Positions 28,730-37,957 of a DNA stretch of 64,000 bases are shown here, one piece after another. The notes under the pieces were generated by a model that was not told the origin of the DNA, did no database searches, and saw only the letters and a list, made by a program, of their open reading frames with translations. Numbering within the stretch: the stretch's first letter is position 1; every line of letters begins with the position of its first letter. A program made the translations under genes and the position numbers. The stretch lies in NCBI GenBank assembly GCA_963757915.1, contig CAVWTD010000018.1, forward strand, positions 59,072 through 123,071, read 5' to 3'. Origin of the DNA: an uncultured delta proteobacterium (GTDB lineage: Bacteria > Desulfobacterota > Syntrophobacteria > Syntrophobacterales > Syntrophobacteraceae).

Positions 28730-30244
28730 GTGACCTCCTCGATCCGTGGTTTCCTTACGCCATCGAAGGATCAGATGCACCTCCGACTATCACTGATGCG
28801 CCGGCTTTTTGACGGATCAAGCCGCTCCCCCTCAGGCGACTCACATAGCTGCCGTTCGTTGCAGATGGCGGGGGCTGCGTTAACGACATTGCTGTTGGCG
28901 AGCCTGGTGTTCCATTACATACCTGCCTTCAACAATCTGCGAACGATTCGAGAAATATTCCACTGGTTCCTGGTATTGGGCCTTGTTGCGTTCTATGTGA
29001 AAGGCTATCTCGCCTTAACGGCCCTTCCCGCATCCCCACAAGTGCGGCGGTTAATTGTGGCTTTCGCAGGAGCGTTCCTCTTAATATCAATGCTGACAAA
29101 TGCGTTCCATTCCACCGATGTGCGCTGCTATGTCAACCGGGGGTGGACAGAAGCGCATTACCACCTTAATCCTTATACCGTTGCGGTTTCCGAGATTCCC
29201 GGCTGGGCAGAGGACCCGGTATTCTACCCGGAATGGCACCACAGTCCAACGCCTTACGGGTTCCTGTTTTCGTTGCTGGCGTCAGGAATCTGCCTGGCAG
29301 GAAACGGCATCTACTGGGTTATGATCCTGCTGTTCAAGTCGTTGAATGCAGGAGCGGCAGCTCTCACCGCCCTTATCCTCTGGCATGGCTGTAAGCGGTT
29401 AAACCTTGCAAATCCCGTGGTTGTTCCGTATCTATTTCTCTGGAACCCCCTCCTGCTTATCCATGGGGTCACAAACGCGCATAATGATGTCCTGATGGCC
29501 TTTTTCACCGTTGCCGGGCTTTATCTTATCATTCGCGGGAACTGTTTCTTTGTCCTGCCCACATTGATGCTTGGTGTACTTATAAAGTACGGATCCGCTG
29601 TCATCTTGCCGTTCGTGTTTGTCTTCCTGGCAAGAAGACACGGATGGGGACGTGCTACGGCCAGTCTTCTGCTGGCCCTGGGAGTCCTGGCGGCCTGCTC
29701 GTTGCGCTACATTTCACCTGATATTGACTTGGGGCGATTTATCGGAAACATAGCCGGCATGCATAATTCTATTCCCTCATTGATTTTCTTTCCCTTCGAG
29801 ATTTCAGCAACCTGGTGGCCTTCTCTCGAAGTCGGAGCAGAACCTGTTATAAGCGTGATTCGTGCTTTTTTTTGGATCGTATTTGCGGCGTTCGGCCTCT
29901 GGATGGGATTTAAACGGTTCCGGAAGCGCGACTATTCACTACGGACTTTGTTGAGCGATTGCCTTCTCATACAGTTTGTCTTGATCTGCATTGTAAGTTC
30001 ACAGTACTACGCATGGTATCTTTGCATGATTTTTCCCCTTTGTCTGTGGCTGCCTTCCGATGACCGGCTACGAAAAATGGTACTTGCCCTCTCCATCGCG
30101 CATCTTGCTTCGTTAACGTTCATCGACCAATCGCATGGTTTGAATGTGCTGGTCATGATCCTCGCTCCAATCGCCTGGTCCATGAACTGGTGGCCATTTG
30201 CAAGGAAGGAGGCAACGGCGGACATCCCGAATGTCGCCGGATGA
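28730..30244 (+). CDS. Polytopic integral membrane protein, possibly a GT-C-type glycosyltransferase (DUF2029-like)
   Basis: At least 10 predicted hydrophobic helices, adjacent to the GT2 gene. The start codon is uncertain (GTG 28730 or ATG 28775). Confidence 0.5.
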   Translation: MTSSIRGFLTPSKDQMHLRLSLMRRLFDGSSRSPSGDSHSCRSLQMAGAALTTLLLASLVFHYIPAFNNLRTIREIFHWFLVLGLVAFYVKGYLALTALPASPQVRRLIVAFAGAFLLISMLTNAFHSTDVRCYVNRGWTEAHYHLNPYTVAVSEIPGWAEDPVFYPEWHHSPTPYGFLFSLLASGICLAGNGIYWVMILLFKSLNAGAAALTALILWHGCKRLNLANPVVVPYLFLWNPLLLIHGVTNAHNDVLMAFFTVAGLYLIIRGNCFFVLPTLMLGVLIKYGSAVILPFVFVFLARRHGWGRATASLLLALGVLAACSLRYISPDIDLGRFIGNIAGMHNSIPSLIFFPFEISATWWPSLEVGAEPVISVIRAFFWIVFAAFGLWMGFKRFRKRDYSLRTLLSDCLLIQFVLICIVSSQYYAWYLCMIFPLCLWLPSDDRLRKMVLALSIAHLASLTFIDQSHGLNVLVMILAPIAWSMNWWPFARKEATADIPNVAG

Positions 30245-30360
30245 GTCAAACGGGAAAATATCGCCGAGGCGCACAGGGTGAATTCGCTTGTGGTGAGCAG
30301 TTGTTGAACGAAGGCCGGAAGCCGGTATAGGAGGTCGAAAAGACCAGTTTCCGATCCTAA

Positions 30361-30538
30361 CAGGGTGACGAAAAAGGGTTCTCTGGTGGGAGAAATGCCT
30401 GACAATTGCTAATGATTTCGTCATTCCGGCGGAAGCCGGAATCCAGGCTGTTTCCCAACTAATTGATTTTAAAGCAAAAGCCACTGGACCCCGGCCCCTG
30501 GACTAGACACTTCCGGGGCAGGCTTCGCCGGGGTGACG
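30361..30538. repeat. Palindromic repeat family B copy
   Basis: See 22062..22238. It carries a ~27-nt extra module in the second hairpin loop. Confidence 0.85.
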
Positions 30539-30691
30539 TATATAGGGTCTTTCGTCCTGCTGTGGGAATTGTAATCCCTTTACAGTCACCCATTATGGCT
30601 AAGACTCACGCCGGTTTCCTGCCGGGCCCAAGGTCAAATCGCTTGCGTTTTACGATTCGCTACTTCTATAATGATCTTGTACTTTCGCTGA

Positions 30692-30848
30692 AGGCCTCCC
30701 GCACCTAGCCCCGTCTCGCGGGTGGGTGGGCGGGCTGTCGAGAATGAGCGGTCGGCCTTCCGCGCTCCGCGAGGTGCTTCGCCACAGGGATGCGCAAGCA
30801 GAATGGTATTTTTTTCATTAGTGTTGTATTAAAGTCTGTCATACGAGG
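30692..30848. repeat. Repeat family R1, short inverted copy
   Basis: It begins AGGCCTCCCGC...CCCGTCTCGCGGG...GTCGAGAATGAGCGGTCGGCC and ends AAAGTCTGTCATACGAGG, 45 nt upstream of the next start codon. Confidence 0.75.
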
Positions 30849-30892
30849 CAATATTGGCGGGAACCAAACCGTGAGTCAGAAAGGAGATCCGT

Positions 30893-31168
30893 ATGCTTTT
30901 CATAGCCATATTCAGCTACTCTCCCGAGGATAGAAACCTTGTGATCGAACGTGGAATGGGGTCGGACAAGTCTGTCGGGGTTACGATAAAGGGCGAGTGG
31001 TTCGATGTTTCCGGCCACAGGGTGTTCCGGTTGTTTGAAGCTGAAGACGATACGCATCTGGCCGCGTCCATTTTTAGCTGGACTGATCTGGGCGTAGCGG
31101 AAATCATACCGGTTATGGAGACGGAGAAGGCGTTGAAGCTGCTCAAAAAAGCCGGAAGAAAGTCCTGA
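30893..31168 (+). CDS. DUF3303-like small protein
   Basis: A 91-aa protein following AAAGGAG upstream of the ATG. The pattern MLFIAIFS...W.DL..AEIIPV resembles DUF3303. Confidence 0.45.
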   Translation: MLFIAIFSYSPEDRNLVIERGMGSDKSVGVTIKGEWFDVSGHRVFRLFEAEDDTHLAASIFSWTDLGVAEIIPVMETEKALKLLKKAGRKS

Positions 31169-31288
31169 GAAGATTTCCACGCGCTTGCGCCCGATCCGGT
31201 GATTGCCAAGCCATTCATGAATCCTCCTGACCTTTTCTGGTTTTTTGGTCCGGAGGATTTTTATTTTTTTTTGCGGGCAGAGCAAATA

Positions 31289-33181
31289 ATGAACGAGCCT
31301 AAAGTCTTGCGGGGCAGTCCGCTGGAGGCGCTCAAGCCGGCTGCGGCCTGCAAGGAGGCCCTGGAACTGCTCCTTTATCCCGATGGGGTGGAACCGAACC
31401 GCTATTATCTTAGCATGGCCTCCCAGCTCCATAAATTTCGAATAAGAATACGGGACATTCCAGAGCCGCTTTTCAAGATTTTCTATGAATTACTGGCCTC
31501 AGGAGGAAGGACCTTTCGTCGTTCAGATGGGCATGAATTTTTCGTTCGCCTTCTATTCAAGATACCGCCGAATCTTGTGGCCTGGCTTTTTGAAAAGAGA
31601 TTTCCGCTGTGCCCTTTCATCGAGCATATCGATGCAAAAAGGATATTCCCCGGCATAGGGCAACCTTCTCAGATACTCAGGAAAAGGTGGAGGATCCTGA
31701 GGAAACGCCTGATCTCGGGTTTGGGCGCGGCTTGCAGTCTTGCGGACCACGGCCTTGAGACGACCCTCGGGGACCTGCGGTTCCTAAAAGCCACCAGACG
31801 GCCCGGGCGCGTGCAATCGGCATGGAGAATACATGGAAAGGCTGTTGTCTCCAAAGCGGCACCTGCTCAGCGGGACCCACCGGCCCAAACGATGAGGCAT
31901 CTATACTGGGGGGGCGAGAGGAGCCGAAAGATTGCTTTTTGGGAAAAACTCATTGAGAACCAGGCCGTTGAACTCTCTGAGATCAGGCGGCTCTCGCGTG
32001 AGGTCAGCAATCGAACAGGCCGGGCCGTCCTGAGCTGGCATAACGCCTCTGTGGGTGCGGCGGGAGGTTGGGCATTGGAAGACTTTGCAGCTCAGTTCCC
32101 CTCCCCGGCGCTCTACAACCTTTTTGTTCAGGCGGTGCTCAAAGAGGCGCGGGAAATTCGGAAATCGATCGACATATCTTCAGCTATGGGCCTTTGTGAC
32201 ATGAGGTTCGAGCGTCTCTTGGCCCCCAAAGCAGCCAGTGCGGTTGAACACTCGCTAATTTCCGATCTTTTTACATCCTGCGATGGGCCGATTGCTGCCG
32301 AAGACGGCCCCAGTGGCCGCCCAGCAACAAAAGGCCGTGAATCCTTTCTGCTGAAGGAACCTGCCAACAGGAATGCAAATGCAAACAAACACGAATGGCC
32401 GGGAGCGCTTAGCCCTCACCAGCGCATATCCACTGAACAGGTCTTAGCGTGGGTTGAAAAATCTCATAAGACCTGGGTAGACGGTCTCATCTTGCTTTTT
32501 GCGCTTGCAAACCAGGGTCAGCGAATGCTCGATTCCGGCTTAATCCCATCGCTGGTCCTGCCCTGGATAGACAAGTTTTTCATCTCATCTCAAAGGCGGG
32601 CGGACGTCACTTACCTGGAACGCCTGTTTCGCCTGGCATCGGCGAACATTCGGAAACCATTGATCCTGTTTTGGGATGACACTTCACATAGCAAGGTCCC
32701 AAGCCTCGGTCTCGCCCTTGAAGATCTGGCCGGGCGCGGCTTGCCTTTCAGAGCGATAGGCATATTCGACACCGGCGCATCTTTGGACGGCTCACATAGG
32801 GCCGAGCGTGCCGGCGCCGTTCGAATCATTGTCAACGACTATCCGCAGAAGGCGCTTTTTGCTCTCCGGCCCCTGAACGAAAATCACTGCCCGGAGGCAT
32901 TCCGCTGGGTTTTTAAAGACCTCGATATGAAATTTTTTCTCAACTATGATTCGTCCTGGAAGGACAACATCGCTTTCATTTATACCGGAACGCAGGTTTT
33001 CCCTCTGCTGCCGGTCCAAACGGAAATGGAATCCGTATCGCCCTGGGTTTTTAACGGGCGGGAGCGATTTGCTTTTGGGACATGGTTCAGGCGAAGACTT
33101 CGCCATATTTCGCTCGGTAAGCTGGAAGGGATCTCCGATCCGCTCTGCCTCAAGTACTGTTCTTGGGCCAACCTGCTCTGA
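31289..33181 (+). CDS. Large hypothetical protein (orphan by eye)
   Basis: A long open frame of 630-660 aa, depending on the start (31199 or 31289). I recognise no motif. Confidence 0.5.
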   Translation: MNEPKVLRGSPLEALKPAAACKEALELLLYPDGVEPNRYYLSMASQLHKFRIRIRDIPEPLFKIFYELLASGGRTFRRSDGHEFFVRLLFKIPPNLVAWLFEKRFPLCPFIEHIDAKRIFPGIGQPSQILRKRWRILRKRLISGLGAACSLADHGLETTLGDLRFLKATRRPGRVQSAWRIHGKAVVSKAAPAQRDPPAQTMRHLYWGGERSRKIAFWEKLIENQAVELSEIRRLSREVSNRTGRAVLSWHNASVGAAGGWALEDFAAQFPSPALYNLFVQAVLKEAREIRKSIDISSAMGLCDMRFERLLAPKAASAVEHSLISDLFTSCDGPIAAEDGPSGRPATKGRESFLLKEPANRNANANKHEWPGALSPHQRISTEQVLAWVEKSHKTWVDGLILLFALANQGQRMLDSGLIPSLVLPWIDKFFISSQRRADVTYLERLFRLASANIRKPLILFWDDTSHSKVPSLGLALEDLAGRGLPFRAIGIFDTGASLDGSHRAERAGAVRIIVNDYPQKALFALRPLNENHCPEAFRWVFKDLDMKFFLNYDSSWKDNIAFIYTGTQVFPLLPVQTEMESVSPWVFNGRERFAFGTWFRRRLRHISLGKLEGISDPLCLKYCSWANLL

Positions 33182-33311
33182 GCGCGAATCTGAGTGCATT
33201 TAAAATCTCCTTGCTTTATCCTTTTTAATGTTGGAAAACGCCTCATAGTCTCCCTGCTTTCGGCGATTCGTGTAAGACCGGTTGGGCGGCTGTTAAACTG
33301 GAAATGTCGGC

Positions 33312-33956
33312 ATGGTGAACTTCAAGAAGGCCCGTGAACGCATGGTGGAAACCCAGATCGCGGCGCGCGGCGTCCACGATGAGGGGGTTCTCGAAGCGAT
33401 GCGAAAGGTGCCAAGGCATCTGTTCGTGGATGAAGCGCTCCGGGACCAGGCTTACAGCGACCATCCGCTGCCGATTGCCGAAAATCAGACTATATCCCAG
33501 CCTTACATAGTGGCGCTTATGACGGAGAGCCTGGAACTCAATGGCGCAGAAAAAGTCCTGGAGTTAGGAACGGGATCAGGCTATCAGTCGGCTATACTTG
33601 CCGAACTGGCGGACCGGGTTTTTTCTGTCGAACGCTATCCGGAGCTTGCGTATCGCGCAAACGCCATACTCCAGAAGCTGGGATATCAGAATATCATTGT
33701 CCGGGTCGGAGACGGTTCGCTTGGCTGGCCGGACGACGCGCCCTTCGATGGTATTATCGTTACGGCGGGCACTCCTAAAATTCCGCAGCCGCTCATAGAC
33801 CAGCTCAAGATGGGTGGCAGACTGGTTGTCCCGGTCGGCGACCGATTGGGTCAAGACCTCATTTTGGTCAGACGAGTGGCGGAGGGGATCAAAAAAACCA
33901 ATCTGGGCGGGGTTCGCTTCGTGAACCTAGTGGGGAAATGGGGATGGAAAGAATAG
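33312..33956 (+). CDS. pcm: Protein-L-isoaspartate O-methyltransferase
   Basis: The protein has [12 protein letters not shown] and [18 protein letters not shown]. Length is 214 aa. Confidence 0.9.
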   Translation: MVNFKKARERMVETQIAARGVHDEGVLEAMRKVPRHLFVDEALRDQAYSDHPLPIAENQTISQPYIVALMTESLELNGAEKVLELGTGSGYQSAILAELADRVFSVERYPELAYRANAILQKLGYQNIIVRVGDGSLGWPDDAPFDGIIVTAGTPKIPQPLIDQLKMGGRLVVPVGDRLGQDLILVRRVAEGIKKTNLGGVRFVNLVGKWGWKE

Positions 33957-34438
33957 AAATAGGCAGTCCAATCATAGGGGTAGTCGGGCCTGGGACCAGC
34001 CGGCAGGATTTGACGAAGCTGGCCGAGGAGGTCGGGCGCGAAGTTGCCCGCAAGGGAGGGGTCCTGATTTGCGGAGGTCTTGGAGGCGTCATGACCGAGG
34101 CGGCCCGCGGCGCCAAGGAAATCGGCGGCGTTACGCTCGGAATTCTTCCCGGGCCCAAAACGAAGGATGCAAATGAATTCATTGATTTTCCAATAGCAAC
34201 GAACATGGGGCATGCGCGCAGCTCGATCATCGTCCACACGGCGGATGTGCTGATTGCGATCGGGGGCGGATACGGCACTCTGTCCGAAATAGCGCTTGCG
34301 CTGAAAATCGGAAAAGCAGTGGTGGCGCTTCAACCACCGTATCAGATCCCAGGGGTGATAGTCGTCCAGACGCCGCTGGAGGCGGTTGACGAAGCGCTCA
34401 CACTCGTCGAGCTCGGCCGCAAACCGCCCATATTCTAG
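33938..34438 (+). CDS. TIGR00725/LOG-like family protein
   Basis: The protein has [24 protein letters not shown] and [17 protein letters not shown]. Confidence 0.75.
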   Translation: MGMERIEIGSPIIGVVGPGTSRQDLTKLAEEVGREVARKGGVLICGGLGGVMTEAARGAKEIGGVTLGILPGPKTKDANEFIDFPIATNMGHARSSIIVHTADVLIAIGGGYGTLSEIALALKIGKAVVALQPPYQIPGVIVVQTPLEAVDEALTLVELGRKPPIF

Positions 34439-34497
34439 GGCAGCCGGTTCATTTATCGTCTCCTCGAGCAGGCTATTGTATAAATCTATCATACGAG

Positions 34498-35658
34498 GTG
34501 CTGAACCCGATGCCAAAACGCAGTAGGGAAAAGGAGCCGCCGGAGCCCGGCATTAAGGTGCCGGCCTCATGCAGCGGCACTGCTTCCGGGGGCCGCAATG
34601 TTCAAAGACTCCGGGAAGAAAACGAAGCTCTGCGAAAAGAACTCGTCGAGGTGCTTGCCAACGCCCTGGAAAACGAAAAAATCTGGAGGCATTTTGCGGC
34701 GGTCGAGCGAATCCTTTTCAGGACCCGCGAGTTGGACCGGCTTATCGAGGAATTGCTCCGGGAGATAAAAGACCGATTCCAGACAGGGCTTCTGGTTTTA
34801 TTCCTTTCGCATCCCGAAGCGCTGGAGAGGTTCTTCCAGAGTGAGCCTGTGACAAGCCGAGAAATAGACTCCAAGACCTGGATTTCGCCCCTGGACGGCG
34901 AATCGGGGCACGCGCTCATCGGACCCGGACTCAAGCCGGTGCTCTTTTCGACGGAACGAAACGGCTATCCCCCAATGTTGTCCGAAGGCGGCCACACATT
35001 GCGCTCAGGGGCGCTGATCCCGCTAAAGATAGGTGACATTCTCTTCGGGGTCTTGCTGCTTGGCAGCCCCGACCCCGGCAGATATAATCCGGAAGACGGA
35101 ACCGACCTTCTGGAGCAACTCGGAATAAACATAGCCCTGTCCATGGAGAATTGCCTTACCTATGAAAAGGTCCGTGAGTTCACGGTAAAAGACCAACTGA
35201 CCGGGCTCTTCAATTTTTTTCAGATTCATACGATCCTGGAGAAGGAGTTCAGAAAGGCGCGCCGATCAGGGAGCGCGCTCTCAGTACTGATAGTTGACCT
35301 CAATTTCGTCCACGACTGGGATGAGTTCGAGAGCGGAACGGAGATCCTCAAGCATGCGGCGCGGCTCCTGGAAGCCATCCTTCCGAAGGAGGGCTGCTTT
35401 ATGGGCAGGTACGGAAGCGATGAGTTTCTAATCATACTTCCCGGTTTTCCCGAGGAGGAAGCGCGGGAGGTCATGCCGTATATTTCCTCCACCATGAGAA
35501 AATCCCCTTACCGGATAAGCAATACGGCCATTCTCATCACGACAGCCATTGGGGTTGGCGCCCTCAACGAACGTGCGACCGCCGCACAGGACCTCGTCGA
35601 TGCGGCCTATGCAGACCTTTGCACCGTGAAGCTCCGGCACGGGCCGAAAGATGAATAG
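34498..35658 (+). CDS. GGDEF-domain protein with a variant GSDEF site and a DUF484/GAF-like N-terminal region
   Basis: DQLTGLFN ... RYGSDEFLIILPG, with a coiled-coil and sensory-like N-terminal half. Confidence 0.75.
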   Translation: MLNPMPKRSREKEPPEPGIKVPASCSGTASGGRNVQRLREENEALRKELVEVLANALENEKIWRHFAAVERILFRTRELDRLIEELLREIKDRFQTGLLVLFLSHPEALERFFQSEPVTSREIDSKTWISPLDGESGHALIGPGLKPVLFSTERNGYPPMLSEGGHTLRSGALIPLKIGDILFGVLLLGSPDPGRYNPEDGTDLLEQLGINIALSMENCLTYEKVREFTVKDQLTGLFNFFQIHTILEKEFRKARRSGSALSVLIVDLNFVHDWDEFESGTEILKHAARLLEAILPKEGCFMGRYGSDEFLIILPGFPEEEAREVMPYISSTMRKSPYRISNTAILITTAIGVGALNERATAAQDLVDAAYADLCTVKLRHGPKDE

Positions 35659-35821
35659 TTCAGAGGGTTGCTTGCAGGCGTTTGGCTCAAAGCGGAACTT
35701 CGCCGGTTACATTGGCGGGAAATGCAACGCGCCGCGGTGAAACGCGGCGCGCCGTGTGTGCAGCGGTTCGGCTGCGCCCCAGCCGGGGGCGCAGCCGTCA
35801 TGCCTGTGGATCTAATTGCAC

Positions 35822-36766
35822 CTATTTACAAGGATTCCCAAGGGGAACTACGAGGCGGACGAGGAACCAGTCGCCGCCGAACTGATTTGCGCTGTAAAGC
35901 GCAAAGTTATAAGTACCCTGCAGACTGCACGGGCCGAAATTGTAGCCAAGAATCGGGCCCATTGTGTACATGGCGGTCTGAGTATTCTTTACGCTTATGC
36001 CGCCTGCTGAATCGTTATTCACCTGGGTATACTGAGCCGCGCCAAGACCAAACGTCCATTTGCCACAGGTTTTGGTGATGGTGTAGTCGGCCGCAAACTG
36101 GTTACCCGACTGATAGTTGGTGTACTGGTCCTTGGTCTCAAAAGAGAAGAAGAAGTCGGCGCTAACGTTCCAGCCGTTATGCAGCCAGCTTATTCCAACT
36201 TCAGGGATAAAGGAATAGTAGTTGTTGGCGGACGGAGCCATAAATGGCTTTGCAGGATCAAGTTTCCCCAGAAAACTATTCGCCAGAGTGCTCGATCCAT
36301 CTTGCAAACCAATCGACAAAGCGGTCTTTACGCGGAAATCACAGGGGAGTTTCCAGGACAAAATGTAGGGAACAAGAATGGTATTGAATGTGCCCCAATT
36401 TTGACCCCCTGCAGGAAGGTCAAGAGCAGTAAGACCAATGTTCGTATAGACGATCGGCTGAGCAATGGCCACTCCATAGTCGGCGCACAGGAACTTGTAC
36501 CCGGTAGACCACAGCAGAACGGGAGAGTCTACGAACACGAACAGGTTCGTACCTGGGATTTTGTGTCCACTGTTATCATATGAGTTTAGGTTCGGCATGA
36601 AATATTCGGTGTTAATGAAATAAAAGCCGGGAGGCGGGATGGCCCCAGCGGCCAATCCTTCATCTACACCGCGAAGATGGGGATCCCACAGCTCCATTGC
36701 GGAAACAGGGGTGACCAACATCACCACTGCTATTGATAAACACAGTGCCAAGATAATTTTTTTCAT
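35822..36766 (-). CDS. Outer-membrane beta-barrel transporter-like protein (MetA-pathway/Phenol_MetA_deg-like)
   Basis: The signal peptide is MKKIILALCLSIAVVMLVTPVSA. The sequence alternates aromatic and Gly-rich beta-strand patterns, and the C-terminal region is aromatic-rich. Confidence 0.6.
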   Translation of the reverse strand: MKKIILALCLSIAVVMLVTPVSAMELWDPHLRGVDEGLAAGAIPPPGFYFINTEYFMPNLNSYDNSGHKIPGTNLFVFVDSPVLLWSTGYKFLCADYGVAIAQPIVYTNIGLTALDLPAGGQNWGTFNTILVPYILSWKLPCDFRVKTALSIGLQDGSSTLANSFLGKLDPAKPFMAPSANNYYSFIPEVGISWLHNGWNVSADFFFSFETKDQYTNYQSGNQFAADYTITKTCGKWTFGLGAAQYTQVNNDSAGGISVKNTQTAMYTMGPILGYNFGPCSLQGTYNFALYSANQFGGDWFLVRLVVPLGNPCK

Positions 36767-37710
36767 CTCTTCCCCCTCAAATTGCAAAAAAGTTAGCACT
36801 CTTCAAAACAGGGCCAGTGAATCTTGCCCCTCCAACTGGTTCTGCTTTGCGCCCGCATGCGGGCAGCCACGTCTTTACCACCTCCTTTCAGCCCCGGTAT
36901 TAGCCGGACCCCAGCAAAACCGCAGGCCGCCTCGTAAAGGTTGCCTTCGAGCAGAAGCCAAGCTAAGACACAGAGCAACACCAAGCCAAACCCAAAACTT
37001 CGCCCCTTTCGGCAAAAGCCGCTGCACGCTACTGCCTATAATACGTTCTCCTTATACATGTCAAATTAAATTTTGCAAAAGAAAATTTTTTTTCTACGCC
37101 CCGGGATTCCGCTGGAATAAAAGGTTATCAGGAATCCACGGCCCCTCTCCTCTTAGTAATCGTCTAAACAACCGACAATAATTAGAGAATTTTACATTAT
37201 CAGCTCCGGTTTGCCGCTCAACCGATGTTTGGACGCGTCAGGCAAACGAGCTGCAATAATTGCGCCTGAGCAGGGTGGTGAGAATTTCGGCTATCCGGTC
37301 TTTGGTCAGCCCCTTGTCAACGGCGACTTTTCGGCCGGCAACAATTATCGTTGGTGGGACACTGACCTGATTTTCCTTCCCAACTACCGAAAATGCGTCG
37401 TGCGTCCCCACGACAACTTCCCCGGCAGGGAATCGATGCGCCGCCCGCTGAGCTTCCCTTTCTGCCTGCAAGCATCCGGCACTGGGAGGCACTGTACCGA
37501 AAACCAAATGAACAGCAAAGATGTCTCAATGGTCTCGACCATAAAGGCAATACCATGCATCTATGAAGGAGGCACTCTATTGTCAGTCCGGAGTTTCCGG
37601 ATGGAAGCGAGCTATTAACTGCAGGGATGCTGGTATGTCCACAAATTTCTCAAATCGGTGTAATCGGCATTTTTCTTGCCGGTTTTGATTGGAATATCGT
37701 ATGATTTATA

Positions 37711-37802
37711 GACATTCGGCATTCCAAGAGCTTTTTCGGATGGAATCCCGGCTGGAAGTTCGGTTCGGCTCCAGTTGGGGGTCAAGTTGGCGCATTATTC
37801 AG
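37711..37802 (+). promoter_or_regulatory. Conserved ~92-nt upstream element, copy 2
   Basis: It is the reverse complement of 3176..3267 with few mismatches. It lies 155 nt upstream of the TMTC-like gene start. Confidence 0.5.
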
Positions 37803-37957
37803 GTTATTATAAGGCGGCCGTCGTGGCCGACATTCATTCCGACCGCACACTGTAGCTGATGGATAAAGAGGCCGAATACTTCACCTCCAGAAGCGAATCG
37901 AGTCAGTTGATAGTATTCAAGCGGAAGACCGCCAGGTGATATGACAGGACCTGTTTT

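Noticed and set aside
30839-31432. 197-aa minus-strand ORF
   Set aside because: It overlaps both the DUF3303-like gene and the start of the long plus-strand ORF. It has no ribosome-binding site or motif and is probably spurious.
37238-37507. 89-aa minus-strand ORF reminiscent of small glutaredoxin/thioredoxin-like proteins
   Set aside because: The expected CxxC motif is absent (GTVPPSAGCLQ). It would need a TTG start, and overlapping ORFs compete with it, so the evidence is insufficient.
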